A model generated the notes under the pieces. The model searched no databases and was not told where the DNA came from. It saw only the letters and a list, made by a program, of their open reading frames with translations. A stretch of 64,000 bases of DNA from a candidate division WOR-3 bacterium (GTDB lineage Bacteria; Hydrothermota; Hydrothermia; Hydrothermales; JAJRUZ01). The first letter of the stretch is position 1. Each line of letters begins with the position of its first letter. The position numbers and the translations under genes are program-made. Of this stretch, positions 49,828 to 59,087 are shown piece by piece. The stretch spans positions 6,480 through 70,479 of the forward strand of contig JAJRUZ010000021.1 in NCBI GenBank assembly GCA_024277525.1, written 5' to 3'.

Positions 49828-50706
49828 TTATCTTCTTATTTTCTTTTTCTTTCTTTCTTCATATTCTGCAACGAGTGCTGCTACAATAAAAATTGAGGAG
49901 TATGTTCCCACAATGACTCCTATGGTTAATGCAAGTGCAAAATCAAAAAGCAAAGGTCCACCCATTACAAGAAGAACTATCAATACGAGTAAGGTAGTTC
50001 CTGAAGTGATAATTGTCCTTGAAAGAGTTTCATTTATGCTCCTGTTTGCAATATCAATGAATTTTCCCGTCCTTCTTTTCAAATTTTCTCTGATTCTATC
50101 GGATACAACTATTGAGTCATTTATAGAATATCCTACAATTGTCAGAAAGGCAGCAATTATGGGAATTGTAATATCTCTGGAAAGTAGTATGAATATTCCG
50201 AGTGTAATTATCACATCATGGAATATGGCAAGTATTGCAGATATTCCGAAAGGCAAATTAAACCTTATTGCGATGTATATAAGCATAAAGAGCATACCTA
50301 TCAAGACTGCATAAATTGCTCTTAATCTCAATTCATGTCCTATTCTCGGACCGACTTTTTCTGTTCTTTCTATCTCAATTTTTGTATTCAAATTCTTTGA
50401 TAAAAATTTAACAATTGAGTCCGGATCCATGTTTTGTGAATATTTTATAATGTGTTCTTTTAGGCTTACATCCTGAATTTCAGCTTTTGCAAGTCCTTTT
50501 TTTGAAAGAGCGGACCTCAATGCAGAGGGGGATATATCTTTTTCGGTATGAATATGGAGAAGTGTTCCGCCTGTGAAATCTATTCCGTATTTCGGTCCCT
50601 TTGTGAAGAGAAGGATAAGTGAGATTAAAACAAGTGTTCCTGATATTGTAAAGAAAATTCTTCTTTTTGATAAGAAGTCAATATTTGGTGTTTTAAAAAA
50701 TTCCAT
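49828..50706 (-). CDS. secF: Protein translocase subunit SecF
   Basis: 292 aa. MEFFKTPNIDFLSKRRIFFTISGTLVLISL... ; 6 TM helices; conserved GIDFTGG. Confidence 0.85.
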   Translation of the reverse strand: MEFFKTPNIDFLSKRRIFFTISGTLVLISLILLFTKGPKYGIDFTGGTLLHIHTEKDISPSALRSALSKKGLAKAEIQDVSLKEHIIKYSQNMDPDSIVKFLSKNLNTKIEIERTEKVGPRIGHELRLRAIYAVLIGMLFMLIYIAIRFNLPFGISAILAIFHDVIITLGIFILLSRDITIPIIAAFLTIVGYSINDSIVVSDRIRENLKRRTGKFIDIANRSINETLSRTIITSGTTLLVLIVLLVMGGPLLFDFALALTIGVIVGTYSSIFIVAALVAEYEERKKKKIRR

Positions 50707-50718
50707 TTTGATTCTCCT

Positions 50719-52257
50719 TTATATCGGTAATTTTTTCAATTTTTTTACTACTACAAAATAATCAAAAATTGTTCTTGACACAAAGACAGCAGTGAAAAAT
50801 GAACTTGCAATACCGAGAGCAAGAACGAGTCCGAAACCTTTTATCGGACCTGTTCCGAACCATATCAACACAAGGGCAGCAATTATGGTTGTAACATTTG
50901 CATCAAAGATAGTGACAATTGCTCTTGAGAAACCTGCGTCAACTGCTGCCCTTAAAGATTTGCCTGCTCTCAATTCTTCCCTTATCCTCTCAAATATCAA
51001 AACATTTGCATCAACTGACATACCGATTGTAAGCACAAGTCCTGCTATTCCCGGAAGTGTTAATGTTCCGTGAAATGCGGAAAGAAGTGCAAGAACTATG
51101 ATAAGATTTAGTACCAAGGCAAGGTCTGCTATTGCTCCTGCAAACATGTAATAAATTGCCATAAATATCATAACCGCCATACCTCCGAGAAGTGCACTTT
51201 GAATTCCCCTTCTTATAGAATCCTTTCCCAGAAGCGGTCCGATTGACCTTTCTTCTTCAATCTCAACAGGAGCCGGTAGCGCACCTGCTCTCAGAATCAC
51301 AGCAAGATCCCTTGCTTCATCCATTGATTCAATGCCTGTAATTTGAGCATTGCCTCCGGGGATTTTTTGAATAATTTTCGGAGCAGATTGGACTAAGGAG
51401 TCAAGTACAATAGCGAGTCTTTTTCCTACATTTTCTCCGGTTACCCTTGCAAAAGTGATTGTCCCTCTTCTGTCAAATGAAAGGTTTACAACAGGAGTAT
51501 TTTGAAGGGAAGGGTCTGTTCCCTGATAAATTGAATGCCTCGCATCTTTTATATGCTCACCCTTTACATCAGGTTTTTTATTAACAAGAAACAGACTTCT
51601 TAATTTTTTACCGTTTGCTTCAAAAGATTTGCCCAAGAGGAACATTTTATCTTTTGGTATAAACTTTTTTATTTCTTCCTTTTTTAACATCTTTTTTACA
51701 GAATCGGTGTAAATTTCTTCAAATACTATGTCTCCTTTATATAAATATAAAAGAGGTTTTAATGGAGACTTTGTAGTATCTTTCGAAAGTTTTCTTAATG
51801 TTTCATCAATCTTATCAAGTATTTTTTTGGTTTGATCAATATCCTCTACCAGATGAAAGGTTAAAACAGCGGTTTTTCCTATCAATTCCCTTGCCCTTTC
51901 TCTGTCCATAACCCCGGGTAATTGAACAATAATTCTGTCCTCTCCTGCGGGTTGAATTACGGGTTCAAACACCCCCCACTGGTCTATTCTGTTTCTTATA
52001 ATTTCTAAAACTCTGTCCCTTGCTTCTTTGACTTTTTCTTTTTCAACCGGTTTTACTTTTAAAACAAGGTACATACCGCCTTTTAAGTCAAGTCCCAGGG
52101 ATAGTGTTCTCTTGAGCATTTTTCTTATTTCTTCTTTCGGTTTTTTTGCAATTTCTTCTGATGAAAGGGAGTAATACTGATAAGTCGGAATTAAAGCAAC
52201 AACCGCAAATATAATAACACCGAGTATAATTAATATTCTCCAGCGTAAAGTTTTCAC
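50719..52257 (-). CDS. secD: Protein translocase subunit SecD
   Basis: 512 aa. LGLDLKGGMYLVL, large periplasmic domain, C-terminal 6-TM SecD/SecF module. Immediately upstream of secF. Confidence 0.85.
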   Translation of the reverse strand: MKTLRWRILIILGVIIFAVVALIPTYQYYSLSSEEIAKKPKEEIRKMLKRTLSLGLDLKGGMYLVLKVKPVEKEKVKEARDRVLEIIRNRIDQWGVFEPVIQPAGEDRIIVQLPGVMDRERARELIGKTAVLTFHLVEDIDQTKKILDKIDETLRKLSKDTTKSPLKPLLYLYKGDIVFEEIYTDSVKKMLKKEEIKKFIPKDKMFLLGKSFEANGKKLRSLFLVNKKPDVKGEHIKDARHSIYQGTDPSLQNTPVVNLSFDRRGTITFARVTGENVGKRLAIVLDSLVQSAPKIIQKIPGGNAQITGIESMDEARDLAVILRAGALPAPVEIEEERSIGPLLGKDSIRRGIQSALLGGMAVMIFMAIYYMFAGAIADLALVLNLIIVLALLSAFHGTLTLPGIAGLVLTIGMSVDANVLIFERIREELRAGKSLRAAVDAGFSRAIVTIFDANVTTIIAALVLIWFGTGPIKGFGLVLALGIASSFFTAVFVSRTIFDYFVVVKKLKKLPI

Positions 52258-52409
52258 CTTATTAAATTAAAAAAATTTAATTAAGGATTTGAACCTTTAA
52301 TTTGAAATATCGTAAGTTTTTATTATATATTATTTTAATTGAAAAAAAGCAAATTTTATGTTAAAATTAAAATGGAGGGTCCGAATCCCTTAAAAAACAG
52401 GAGGACGGA

Positions 52410-52901
52410 ATGAAAAAAATAATTGCCATATTAACAATAATCGGAGTGATGTCCTTATACGCACAGGAAGAGAAAAAATTTGAATACATAGCGAATAAAA
52501 AATGTAAAATGTGTCATAAGGCTCAATGGAAAATATGGGAAGGTACAAAACATGCAAAAGCTTTTGAGACACTCAAATCCGAGGAATCTGCTAAAATTGC
52601 AAAAGAAATGAAAATAGAGGATGCCACTACTTCTGAAAAATGTATAACCTGCCACAAGGGATGGGATGGAGAAGAAGGAGTCGGTTGTCAGGACTGTCAC
52701 GGACCCGGTTCTGCTTATTATAAAATGTCTGTAATGAAAGACATTACTGCTGGAAAAGTAAAAGGAGAAGAAGTGGGATTGGTTAAACCGGATGAAGAAT
52801 TATGTAAAAAATGTCATAACAAAGAAAGCCCGACTTACAAAGAGTTTAAAGCAGAAGAATTCTTTAAAGAAATCGCACATCCGACACCTGAGAAAAAGTA
52901 A
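52410..52901 (+). CDS. Periplasmic tetraheme c-type cytochrome (small, 163 aa)
   Basis: Signal peptide MKKIIAILTIIGVMSLYA. Four CxxCH motifs: CKMCH, CITCH, CQDCH, CKKCH. RBS AGGAGG upstream. Confidence 0.8.
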   Translation: MKKIIAILTIIGVMSLYAQEEKKFEYIANKKCKMCHKAQWKIWEGTKHAKAFETLKSEESAKIAKEMKIEDATTSEKCITCHKGWDGEEGVGCQDCHGPGSAYYKMSVMKDITAGKVKGEEVGLVKPDEELCKKCHNKESPTYKEFKAEEFFKEIAHPTPEKK

Positions 52902-52915
52902 TTTTAAATTAAATT

Positions 52916-52945
52916 AGAGGGTTCAATCCCCTCTCAACCTTTTTA
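52916..52945 (+). terminator. Candidate terminator hairpin after the tetraheme cytochrome gene
   Basis: AGAGGG-ttcaat-CCCCTCT stem-loop followed, after 5 nt, by TTTTTACCTTTT. Confidence 0.35.
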
Positions 52946-52954
52946 CCTTTTAAA

Positions 52955-53629
52955 GTGTTTAAAAAATCTTGTATTATTTTTTTTATTATATATATTTTCT
53001 TCTTTTGTACAAAAGAAGAAAAGGGTGCTCTTCTGGATACCGGTATATTCTCTGAAAAAGAAAACATCTCTTACATAGTGCAGACGATAAAGGGAGATTC
53101 TGTCGGAGTAATTAATTTTTCTATAAACAAAGAGGGCAACTTTCTGAATTTTGTTCAAGACTTTCCTTATTCCGAGGTTAAGATGGATCTGAAGACATTA
53201 AAGCCTGTTTCTTCTTTATTCAGGATAGTTTTACCCGGAAGAGGACCCGTTGAGATAAGAACGGAATTCAAGGGGAATCAAATTAAAATGAAAGCAATTA
53301 CACCCGCAGGAGAAAGGGATACAACAATTTCGGTAAAGGACAATTTTTATCACAGTGATTTTATTTTTATGCTCCCCCGTGCTTTACCTTTTGTTGACGG
53401 AAAGACTTATGAGATAAAAAGTTTTGTCCCTATGAGAGCCCAAATATTCACCGTTAAGATAAACTTCATTGGAAAAGGGGAATTTGAGGTTAAAGGCAAA
53501 AAGATCAAGGGATATCATGTGACTTTTGACTATGATACAGAAAAACATGATGCTTATTATGAAGAGAATGCTCCCCACAGATTATTATTCTATTCAAACG
53601 GTAAATATAATCTTATAGCAAAACTATAG
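52955..53629 (+). CDS. Hypothetical lipoprotein
   Basis: 224 aa. Signal peptide with lipobox-like FFFC. Beta-rich, no recognised catalytic motif. Confidence 0.45.
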   Translation: MFKKSCIIFFIIYIFFFCTKEEKGALLDTGIFSEKENISYIVQTIKGDSVGVINFSINKEGNFLNFVQDFPYSEVKMDLKTLKPVSSLFRIVLPGRGPVEIRTEFKGNQIKMKAITPAGERDTTISVKDNFYHSDFIFMLPRALPFVDGKTYEIKSFVPMRAQIFTVKINFIGKGEFEVKGKKIKGYHVTFDYDTEKHDAYYEENAPHRLLFYSNGKYNLIAKL

Positions 53630-53740
53630 GGAAAAGAATAAATTAAAAATTTGAAGTAAAGCCTCCTTTTTGATTATAATGAATTTTTAATTTTAAATTT
53701 AGCATTATTTTAAATTTAAACAAAAAGGAGGTAATAAAAA

Positions 53741-54868
53741 ATGAAAAAACTATTAAGCCTTTTTATTATTCTCCTGGTCGGTTGTAAGGCAAAGAGTGTG
53801 AAGATAGGTGTAATTTTGCCTTTAACCGGCTCTACTGCTTCCTATGGTAAAGAGGTATTAAAGGGGATTTAACTTGCGGTATCGAATTACAATAAAACAG
53901 GTCGGAAGACCAGAGTAGAACTTTTTATATATGACAATCAAGGTTTTTCAAAAAATACTGTTGAGGGCATTAGAAAATTCGTAAAGGATGAAAATTGTAT
54001 CGCAATCATAGGTCCTGTTATTTCCAAATTGGCAATCAAAGCATCGAATGAGGCAGAGAAAGGTAAGATTCCGCTTATTACTCCTACCGCCACCCATCCT
54101 TATGTAACCCGGGACAAAAATTATACTTTCAGAGTATGTTATACGGATCCTGTTCAGGGAGAGACAATGGCAAAATTTACAATTGAAGAACTTAAAATGA
54201 AAAAAGCAGGAGTTCTTTATGAAGCAAACAATCCTTATTCCGAAGGACTTTTCAGAAAATTTTCACTACTTTTTGAAAAACTCGGAGGAAAGGTCGTGGT
54301 GAACGATTTTTATGTACAGGGAGATACCGCATTTACTGATAAGTTAGAAAAAATAAAGAAAAAAAATCCTGATGTAGTTTTCATACCAGGTTATGTTGAG
54401 GATGTGATTCATATTTTGAAAGAGGCAAAGAAAATCGGATTTACCGAACCGGTATTTTTGGGAGGAGACGGATGGCATTCTCCGCTTTTGATAGAAAAAG
54501 CAGGTTCTTTATTTGAAAAAGATATCACCGCCTATTTTACTTCTCCTTTTTTTCCAGAACTTGAAGAGAATAAAGTTAAAGATTTTATAAAAAAATATAA
54601 AGATGAATATAATGAGGAACCACAGGCATTTGCTGCACTTGCATATGATGCGGTCTCTATTGTTCTTGATGGGATAAAGAAAATTGAACATCCCACACGT
54701 GAGAAGATATTTAAATACATCAATGAACTTGAAGCATATCAAGGAGTGACAGGGAGGATAAGTTTCAAGGGCAAAAAAGACCCCTTGAGGGATGTTTACA
54801 TTTTAAGACCTACCACTTCGGGTTTTGAGCTTTATAAAAAGATTTCATCCGGTAATATAGGAGAGTAA
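53741..54868 (+). pseudogene. LivK/periplasmic-binding-protein type 1 (branched-chain amino acid ABC binding protein family), interrupted by an in-frame TAA at 53870..53872
   Basis: ATG at 53741 with RBS AAAGGAGG. Reads MKKLLSLFIILLVGCKAKSVKIGVILPLTGSTASYGKEVLKGI*LAVSNYNKTGRK...IGPVISKLAIKASNEAEKGKIPLITP..., same frame throughout, so the track ORF 54029..54868 is only the downstream part. The stop sits where family members usually have Glu (..G(I/A)ELAxxEIN..). Confidence 0.7.
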
Positions 54869-54870
54869 AA

Positions 54871-55614
54871 ATGCCGCAGCAGGTAAAACGTTTAATTGTT
54901 GTTTTTGTTGCCTTAATTCTTGTTTTCTTTGTCATAAGGAGTTTTCTCGTTCCTCCCACTTTCGGAGAATACGGACATTACAGAGCGTCTTCTGTAAAGG
55001 AAATTTTATCTCAAAATATAAAATATGCGGGTGAAGTTGTATGTGAGGAGTGTCATGATGATATTGTTGAGATAAAGTCCGGATCTTATCATAAAAGGCT
55101 TTCATGTGAAACATGTCACGGTCCTGCTTATGAACATTCTCAGGCTCCTGATGAATATACTCCTTACATTCCTTCAAAAAGGGATTATTGTTCCCTGTGT
55201 CACGGTTATAATCCTTCACGTCCTACTGGTTTTCCTCAGATAGACCCTGTAAAGCATAATCCTTTGAGACCCTGTATAAAATGCCATAATCCGCATGATC
55301 CGACACCGCCCGAGGTTCCGAAAGAATGCAAAGGATGTCATGAAGAAATTTACAGAACCAAGATTTTATCTCCTCATGCCTTACTCAATTGTACGGAATG
55401 TCACAAAGCCCCTGAGGAACACAAGATAAATCCGCGTGCCTTCAGACCCACAAAACCGAGTTCGAGAAAGTTCTGCGGTAAATGTCACAGTAAAGAAGCA
55501 AAAGTTTCAGAAGAAATTCCGAGAGTTGACATTATTTATCACGGATACGGAAACCTTTGTTGGGAATGCCATTACCCTCATTTTCCGGAAGCTCATACAA
55601 CAAAGAAGGAGTGA
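54871..55614 (+). CDS. Membrane-anchored octaheme c-type cytochrome
   Basis: 247 aa. N-terminal TM helix LIVVFVALILVFFVI. Eight CxxCH: CEECH, CETCH, CSLCH, CIKCH, CKGCH, CTECH, CGKCH, CWECH. Confidence 0.8.
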   Translation: MPQQVKRLIVVFVALILVFFVIRSFLVPPTFGEYGHYRASSVKEILSQNIKYAGEVVCEECHDDIVEIKSGSYHKRLSCETCHGPAYEHSQAPDEYTPYIPSKRDYCSLCHGYNPSRPTGFPQIDPVKHNPLRPCIKCHNPHDPTPPEVPKECKGCHEEIYRTKILSPHALLNCTECHKAPEEHKINPRAFRPTKPSSRKFCGKCHSKEAKVSEEIPRVDIIYHGYGNLCWECHYPHFPEAHTTKKE

Positions 55615-55619
55615 AATAA

Positions 55620-56390
55620 ATGGAGAGAAGGGAATTTTTGAAAAAAATTTTAAAATGGATATTTATATTGATAGGAGGAGGATTGGTCCTCAGGCTGCTT
55701 TCTGTAATAAGAAGAAAACCGGCTCCGATCGGCTCAATCTATGAAAATTACGACCCGACAGAGCATTATTATGCTATGGGAATTGATATTGAAAAATGTA
55801 TAGGATGTGGCAGATGTGCTGCTGCCTGTAAAATAGAAAATAATGTCCCTAAGGAACCTTACTTTTTCAGAACATGGGTGGAGCGATATATAATTACCGT
55901 TGATGGGGAGACATTTGTGGATAGTCCTAACGGTGGAATAGACGGTTTTCCACCCTTGGGTAGTGAAAAAGAAATATTAAGGAGTTTTTTTGTTCCCAAA
56001 CTGTGTAATCATTGTGATAATCCTCCGTGTGTTCAGGTATGTCCTGTAGGAGCAACCTATAAGACCATAGACGGAGTCATCCTGGTTGACAGTAAGTATT
56101 GTATAGGTTGCAGATACTGTATTCAAGCATGTCCTTACGGAGCCAGGTTCTTGCATCCCAAAACGAGAACGGCAGAAAAATGCACTTTTTGCTATCACAG
56201 AATCACAAAAGGACTCAAACCTGCATGTGTTGAAGTTTGTCCGACTCAGGCAAGGATATTCGGTGAAGTAAAACCGAGAAATAATCCGCTTGCAAGATTT
56301 GTTCGTATGCATAAAATAAGAGTTTTAAAGCCCTCCCTTAACACAGAACCAAAAGTTTATTATGCAAACTTAGACAAGGAGGTAACTTAA
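55620..56390 (+). CDS. Tat-exported 4x[4Fe-4S] ferredoxin-type subunit (NrfC/PsrB/HybA family)
   Basis: 256 aa. Twin-arginine motif MERREFLKK. Four Cys clusters: CIGCGRCAAAC; CNHCDNPPCVQVCP; CIGCRYCIQACP; CTFC...CVEVCP. Confidence 0.85.
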   Translation: MERREFLKKILKWIFILIGGGLVLRLLSVIRRKPAPIGSIYENYDPTEHYYAMGIDIEKCIGCGRCAAACKIENNVPKEPYFFRTWVERYIITVDGETFVDSPNGGIDGFPPLGSEKEILRSFFVPKLCNHCDNPPCVQVCPVGATYKTIDGVILVDSKYCIGCRYCIQACPYGARFLHPKTRTAEKCTFCYHRITKGLKPACVEVCPTQARIFGEVKPRNNPLARFVRMHKIRVLKPSLNTEPKVYYANLDKEVT

Positions 56391-56391
56391 G

Positions 56392-57612
56392 GTGGAAAAG
56401 TTATTGGAACAATTAGCCCTTGCCCTTAAGGAGGTAACCGGTTATATATATCCCAATGAAATAGAGTTACACTGGGGTCTCCTTATTGTGATTTATCCTT
56501 ATATTACCGGGCTTGTTGCAGGTGCCTTTATTCTTGCTTCCCTTGTGAAAGTTTTTAATGTAAAAGAGGTTGCTCCCACATACAGGCTTTCCCTTCTTAC
56601 AGCACTTGCCTTTTTATTATGTGCTCCTTTACCCTTGCTTGCACACTTGGGGCATCCGGAGCGTTCTTTTGAGATTTTCCTTACCCCTCATTTCAGCTCC
56701 GCAATGGCTATGTTCGGATTCGTATATGCCTGGTATCTGCTCGTGGTTTTGTTACTCGAAATATGGTTTGAGTACAGAAAGAGTTTTGTAATATGGAGCA
56801 GAACAGAAAAGGGTCTAAAAAAAATCCTTTATTATATTTTCACTCTCGGTTCGATGGATATTTCTGATGAGGCTGTTGAGTTTGATCATAAAGCAGCCAA
56901 ATTTATAACCGTTATAGGGATACCATCTGCTTTTCTCTTGCATGGATATGTGGGTTTTATTTTCGGATCTGTAAAGGCAAATCCATGGTGGAGCAGTGTA
57001 TTAATGCCGATAGTATTCCTGTTTTCTGCAATGGTTTCCGGAATAGCCCTTGTTTTATTTCTTTATTACATCATCACCCTCATAAGGGGAGAAAAAATTG
57101 ATATGAAATGTATGGATAAACTTGCGAGTTATCTCCTATATGCAATGATTCTTGATTTCTCACTTGAAGCCCTTGATTTCATACATCGCGTATATGAATC
57201 CGAGGAATCCATAAAAATTCTTTCAAAGTTGCTCTTCAGTAAACTTTTTGTAAGTTTGCTCATTATTCAGGTCTTACTGGGTACACTTATTCCCATGGGT
57301 CTTATAGCCTGGACGAAAATTATAAAATTACCTTCAGAACTCAGAAGGGTTATCTATTTTATTTCCGCCTTTCTGGTTCAAGTCGGTATTTTCACGACAA
57401 GATGGAATGTAGTTATCGGAGGACAGTTATTTTCAAAAAGTTTAAAAGGGCTCATGACCTATAAAGTGGAACTGATGGGAACAGAGGGGTTACTTGTCGG
57501 GATTTTCCTGCTTTTACTGCCTTTCATAATTCTTTATATATTGCTTAAACTGCTTCCGCCTTGGAAAGAGGAAGCAGAACCGGTAAAAGAATCAAAGGAA
57601 GCACATGTTTAA
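56392..57612 (+). CDS. NrfD/PsrC-family polytopic membrane protein (quinone-interacting subunit)
   Basis: 406 aa, GTG start 8 nt after AAGGAGG, ~10 TM helices. N-terminal region ...YPNEIELHWGLLIVIYPYITGLVAGAFILASL is typical of NrfD-like proteins. Directly follows the FeS subunit. Confidence 0.7.
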   Translation: MEKLLEQLALALKEVTGYIYPNEIELHWGLLIVIYPYITGLVAGAFILASLVKVFNVKEVAPTYRLSLLTALAFLLCAPLPLLAHLGHPERSFEIFLTPHFSSAMAMFGFVYAWYLLVVLLLEIWFEYRKSFVIWSRTEKGLKKILYYIFTLGSMDISDEAVEFDHKAAKFITVIGIPSAFLLHGYVGFIFGSVKANPWWSSVLMPIVFLFSAMVSGIALVLFLYYIITLIRGEKIDMKCMDKLASYLLYAMILDFSLEALDFIHRVYESEESIKILSKLLFSKLFVSLLIIQVLLGTLIPMGLIAWTKIIKLPSELRRVIYFISAFLVQVGIFTTRWNVVIGGQLFSKSLKGLMTYKVELMGTEGLLVGIFLLLLPFIILYILLKLLPPWKEEAEPVKESKEAHV

Positions 57613-58015
57613 TTTAAGAAGTATATTTAAAAAATTGTTTTTTTTCTTTATGTTCATGTGGATTCTGTTTGCAATGATTTTTTCGGTAATTTATATTAAT
57701 ATTTACGGCGGGGAAAGGGTAAGGGGTGTAAAAACCTTTAATGTTAAAGAATTCAAACCTTTTGATGTTAAGTTCTTTGCATATAAAGAGCCGATATTCA
57801 TTATTCATAAAAAGGGAGAATATCTTGTGCTTTCCGCACTCTGCACATTCAGGAGAGGGATTTTGAATTACAATGCAGAAGATAAAGTATTTGAATGTCC
57901 TGTACACGGTGAGAAATATGATTTAAACGGTAATCCATTAAATAAAAAATTACCGCCTCTTAAAAAATTTTCCTTTACCATTAAAGGAGGGGACCTCTAT
58001 GTCATTATGGAATAA
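57605..58015 (+). CDS. Degenerate Rieske-fold protein (paralog of the downstream Rieske protein, lacking 2 of 4 cluster ligands)
   Basis: 136 aa with an N-terminal TM helix. Aligns with the canonical Rieske at 61932: LSALCTFRRGIL vs FSAVCTHLGCIV; VFECPVHGEKYDLNGNPL vs EFLCPCHAGRFDANGAVI. Box I His and Cys and box II Cys are replaced. Confidence 0.55.
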   Translation: MFNLRSIFKKLFFFFMFMWILFAMIFSVIYINIYGGERVRGVKTFNVKEFKPFDVKFFAYKEPIFIIHKKGEYLVLSALCTFRRGILNYNAEDKVFECPVHGEKYDLNGNPLNKKLPPLKKFSFTIKGGDLYVIME

Positions 58016-59087
58016 AATAATAGATTGGTTGGAAAGAAGAATATCCCTCAATGAATTTATTTCCTTTATTACTTCTTTCGGTATTTTTTATACTCACATT
58101 CCTCCTGACAAGCCTGTCAAGGAAGCCATAAAGGATGCAATGGAGACAATTTCTCCCTCTTATGCAAGATGGCCTTATATGCTCGGTATTATCACTTTCC
58201 TTTTATTTTTGATTCAGGTGGTAACCGGTGTTTTGCTTTTGTTTTTTTATGTACCATCCATAGACAAAGCCTATGAAAGCACTGTTACCATAATAAGAGA
58301 TAGACCTTTCGGATTTTTTATATTTAATATTCATCACTGGACAGCAATTTTGCTTATTTGTGTTGTTCTATTCAGATTGGGAAGATTCATTTATGATAAA
58401 GTATTTTCACCTCCCAGGGAGATTTTCTGGATTCTCGGATTTTTAATTTTTATATTTGTAATACTTGAATACATTACAGGAATCCCCTTGCCTATGGATG
58501 CACAAGCAGGTTGGCTCTCCTACAGAATATTTGAAATTTTTAATCCTGCTCCATTTCTTGGGGTACTTAATCGTGTGCTTTTCGGTGCCATTAAATTCGG
58601 AGATGTTTTCATTTTAAGAAATTATATCTTGCATGTCTTTGTTTTCCCCCTTGTTGTATTTTTCCTGTTTTATATCCATTTTCTTTCTGTAAGAAAAGTC
58701 GGATTGAGTTACGGTAAAATGTCTTTAAAGTCTCCCTTTCCCGGTTATTTCTTTGAAATTCTGATTACAATATTTATAACCTTCGGAGTAGTTTTTACCC
58801 TTGCAACTCTGTTTCCCAGAGCAATATTTCAAGAATTTGTACCTTACAAAAATTACACCCAATTTAAAGTTCCTTTCTTTTTGCTTTTCTTTGATTTCTT
58901 AAGAGATAAATTACCCCTTACCCTTTATTCTATCATTTTTACACTTTTTATAATTCTTCCTTTCTTTTTACCTTGGATTGATCGTTCTGCTCCTGTTCCC
59001 CTCATAAAAAAACCCGTTGCTTTTATTTTGTATTTCGGAGGTCTACTTATTATAATAGTAATTTCGGTAATGGGATTAAGGGTATGA
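57999..59087 (+). CDS. Cytochrome b (bc1/b6-type), divergent copy
   Basis: 362 aa. Conserved PREIFWILGF, helix-D His pair (ILHVF...YIHFLSVRK). In helix B only the first His (NIHHW) is kept. The position of the second ligand is Arg/Leu (VVLFRLGRF) rather than His. Confidence 0.75.
   Translation: MSLWNKIIDWLERRISLNEFISFITSFGIFYTHIPPDKPVKEAIKDAMETISPSYARWPYMLGIITFLLFLIQVVTGVLLLFFYVPSIDKAYESTVTIIRDRPFGFFIFNIHHWTAILLICVVLFRLGRFIYDKVFSPPREIFWILGFLIFIFVILEYITGIPLPMDAQAGWLSYRIFEIFNPAPFLGVLNRVLFGAIKFGDVFILRNYILHVFVFPLVVFFLFYIHFLSVRKVGLSYGKMSLKSPFPGYFFEILITIFITFGVVFTLATLFPRAIFQEFVPYKNYTQFKVPFFLLFFDFLRDKLPLTLYSIIFTLFIILPFFLPWIDRSAPVPLIKKPVAFILYFGGLLIIIVISVMGLRV

Noticed and set aside
52262-52290. AT-only palindrome TTAAATT-aaaaa-AATTTAA upstream of secD
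   Set aside because: Pure A/T palindromes of this length are expected by chance at this base composition. No supporting context.
4503-53872. Hypothesis that TAA is a sense codon (Glu) in this organism, prompted by two in-frame TAAs at Glu positions
   Set aside because: TAA terminates many well-delimited genes here (acyl-CoA dehydrogenase, the T9SS protein, TonB receptor, methyltransferase, tetraheme cytochrome). In the methyltransferase case, read-through would run more than 50 codons into the antisense of the kinase gene. TAA is clearly a normal stop, so the two events are better explained by errors or pseudogenes.
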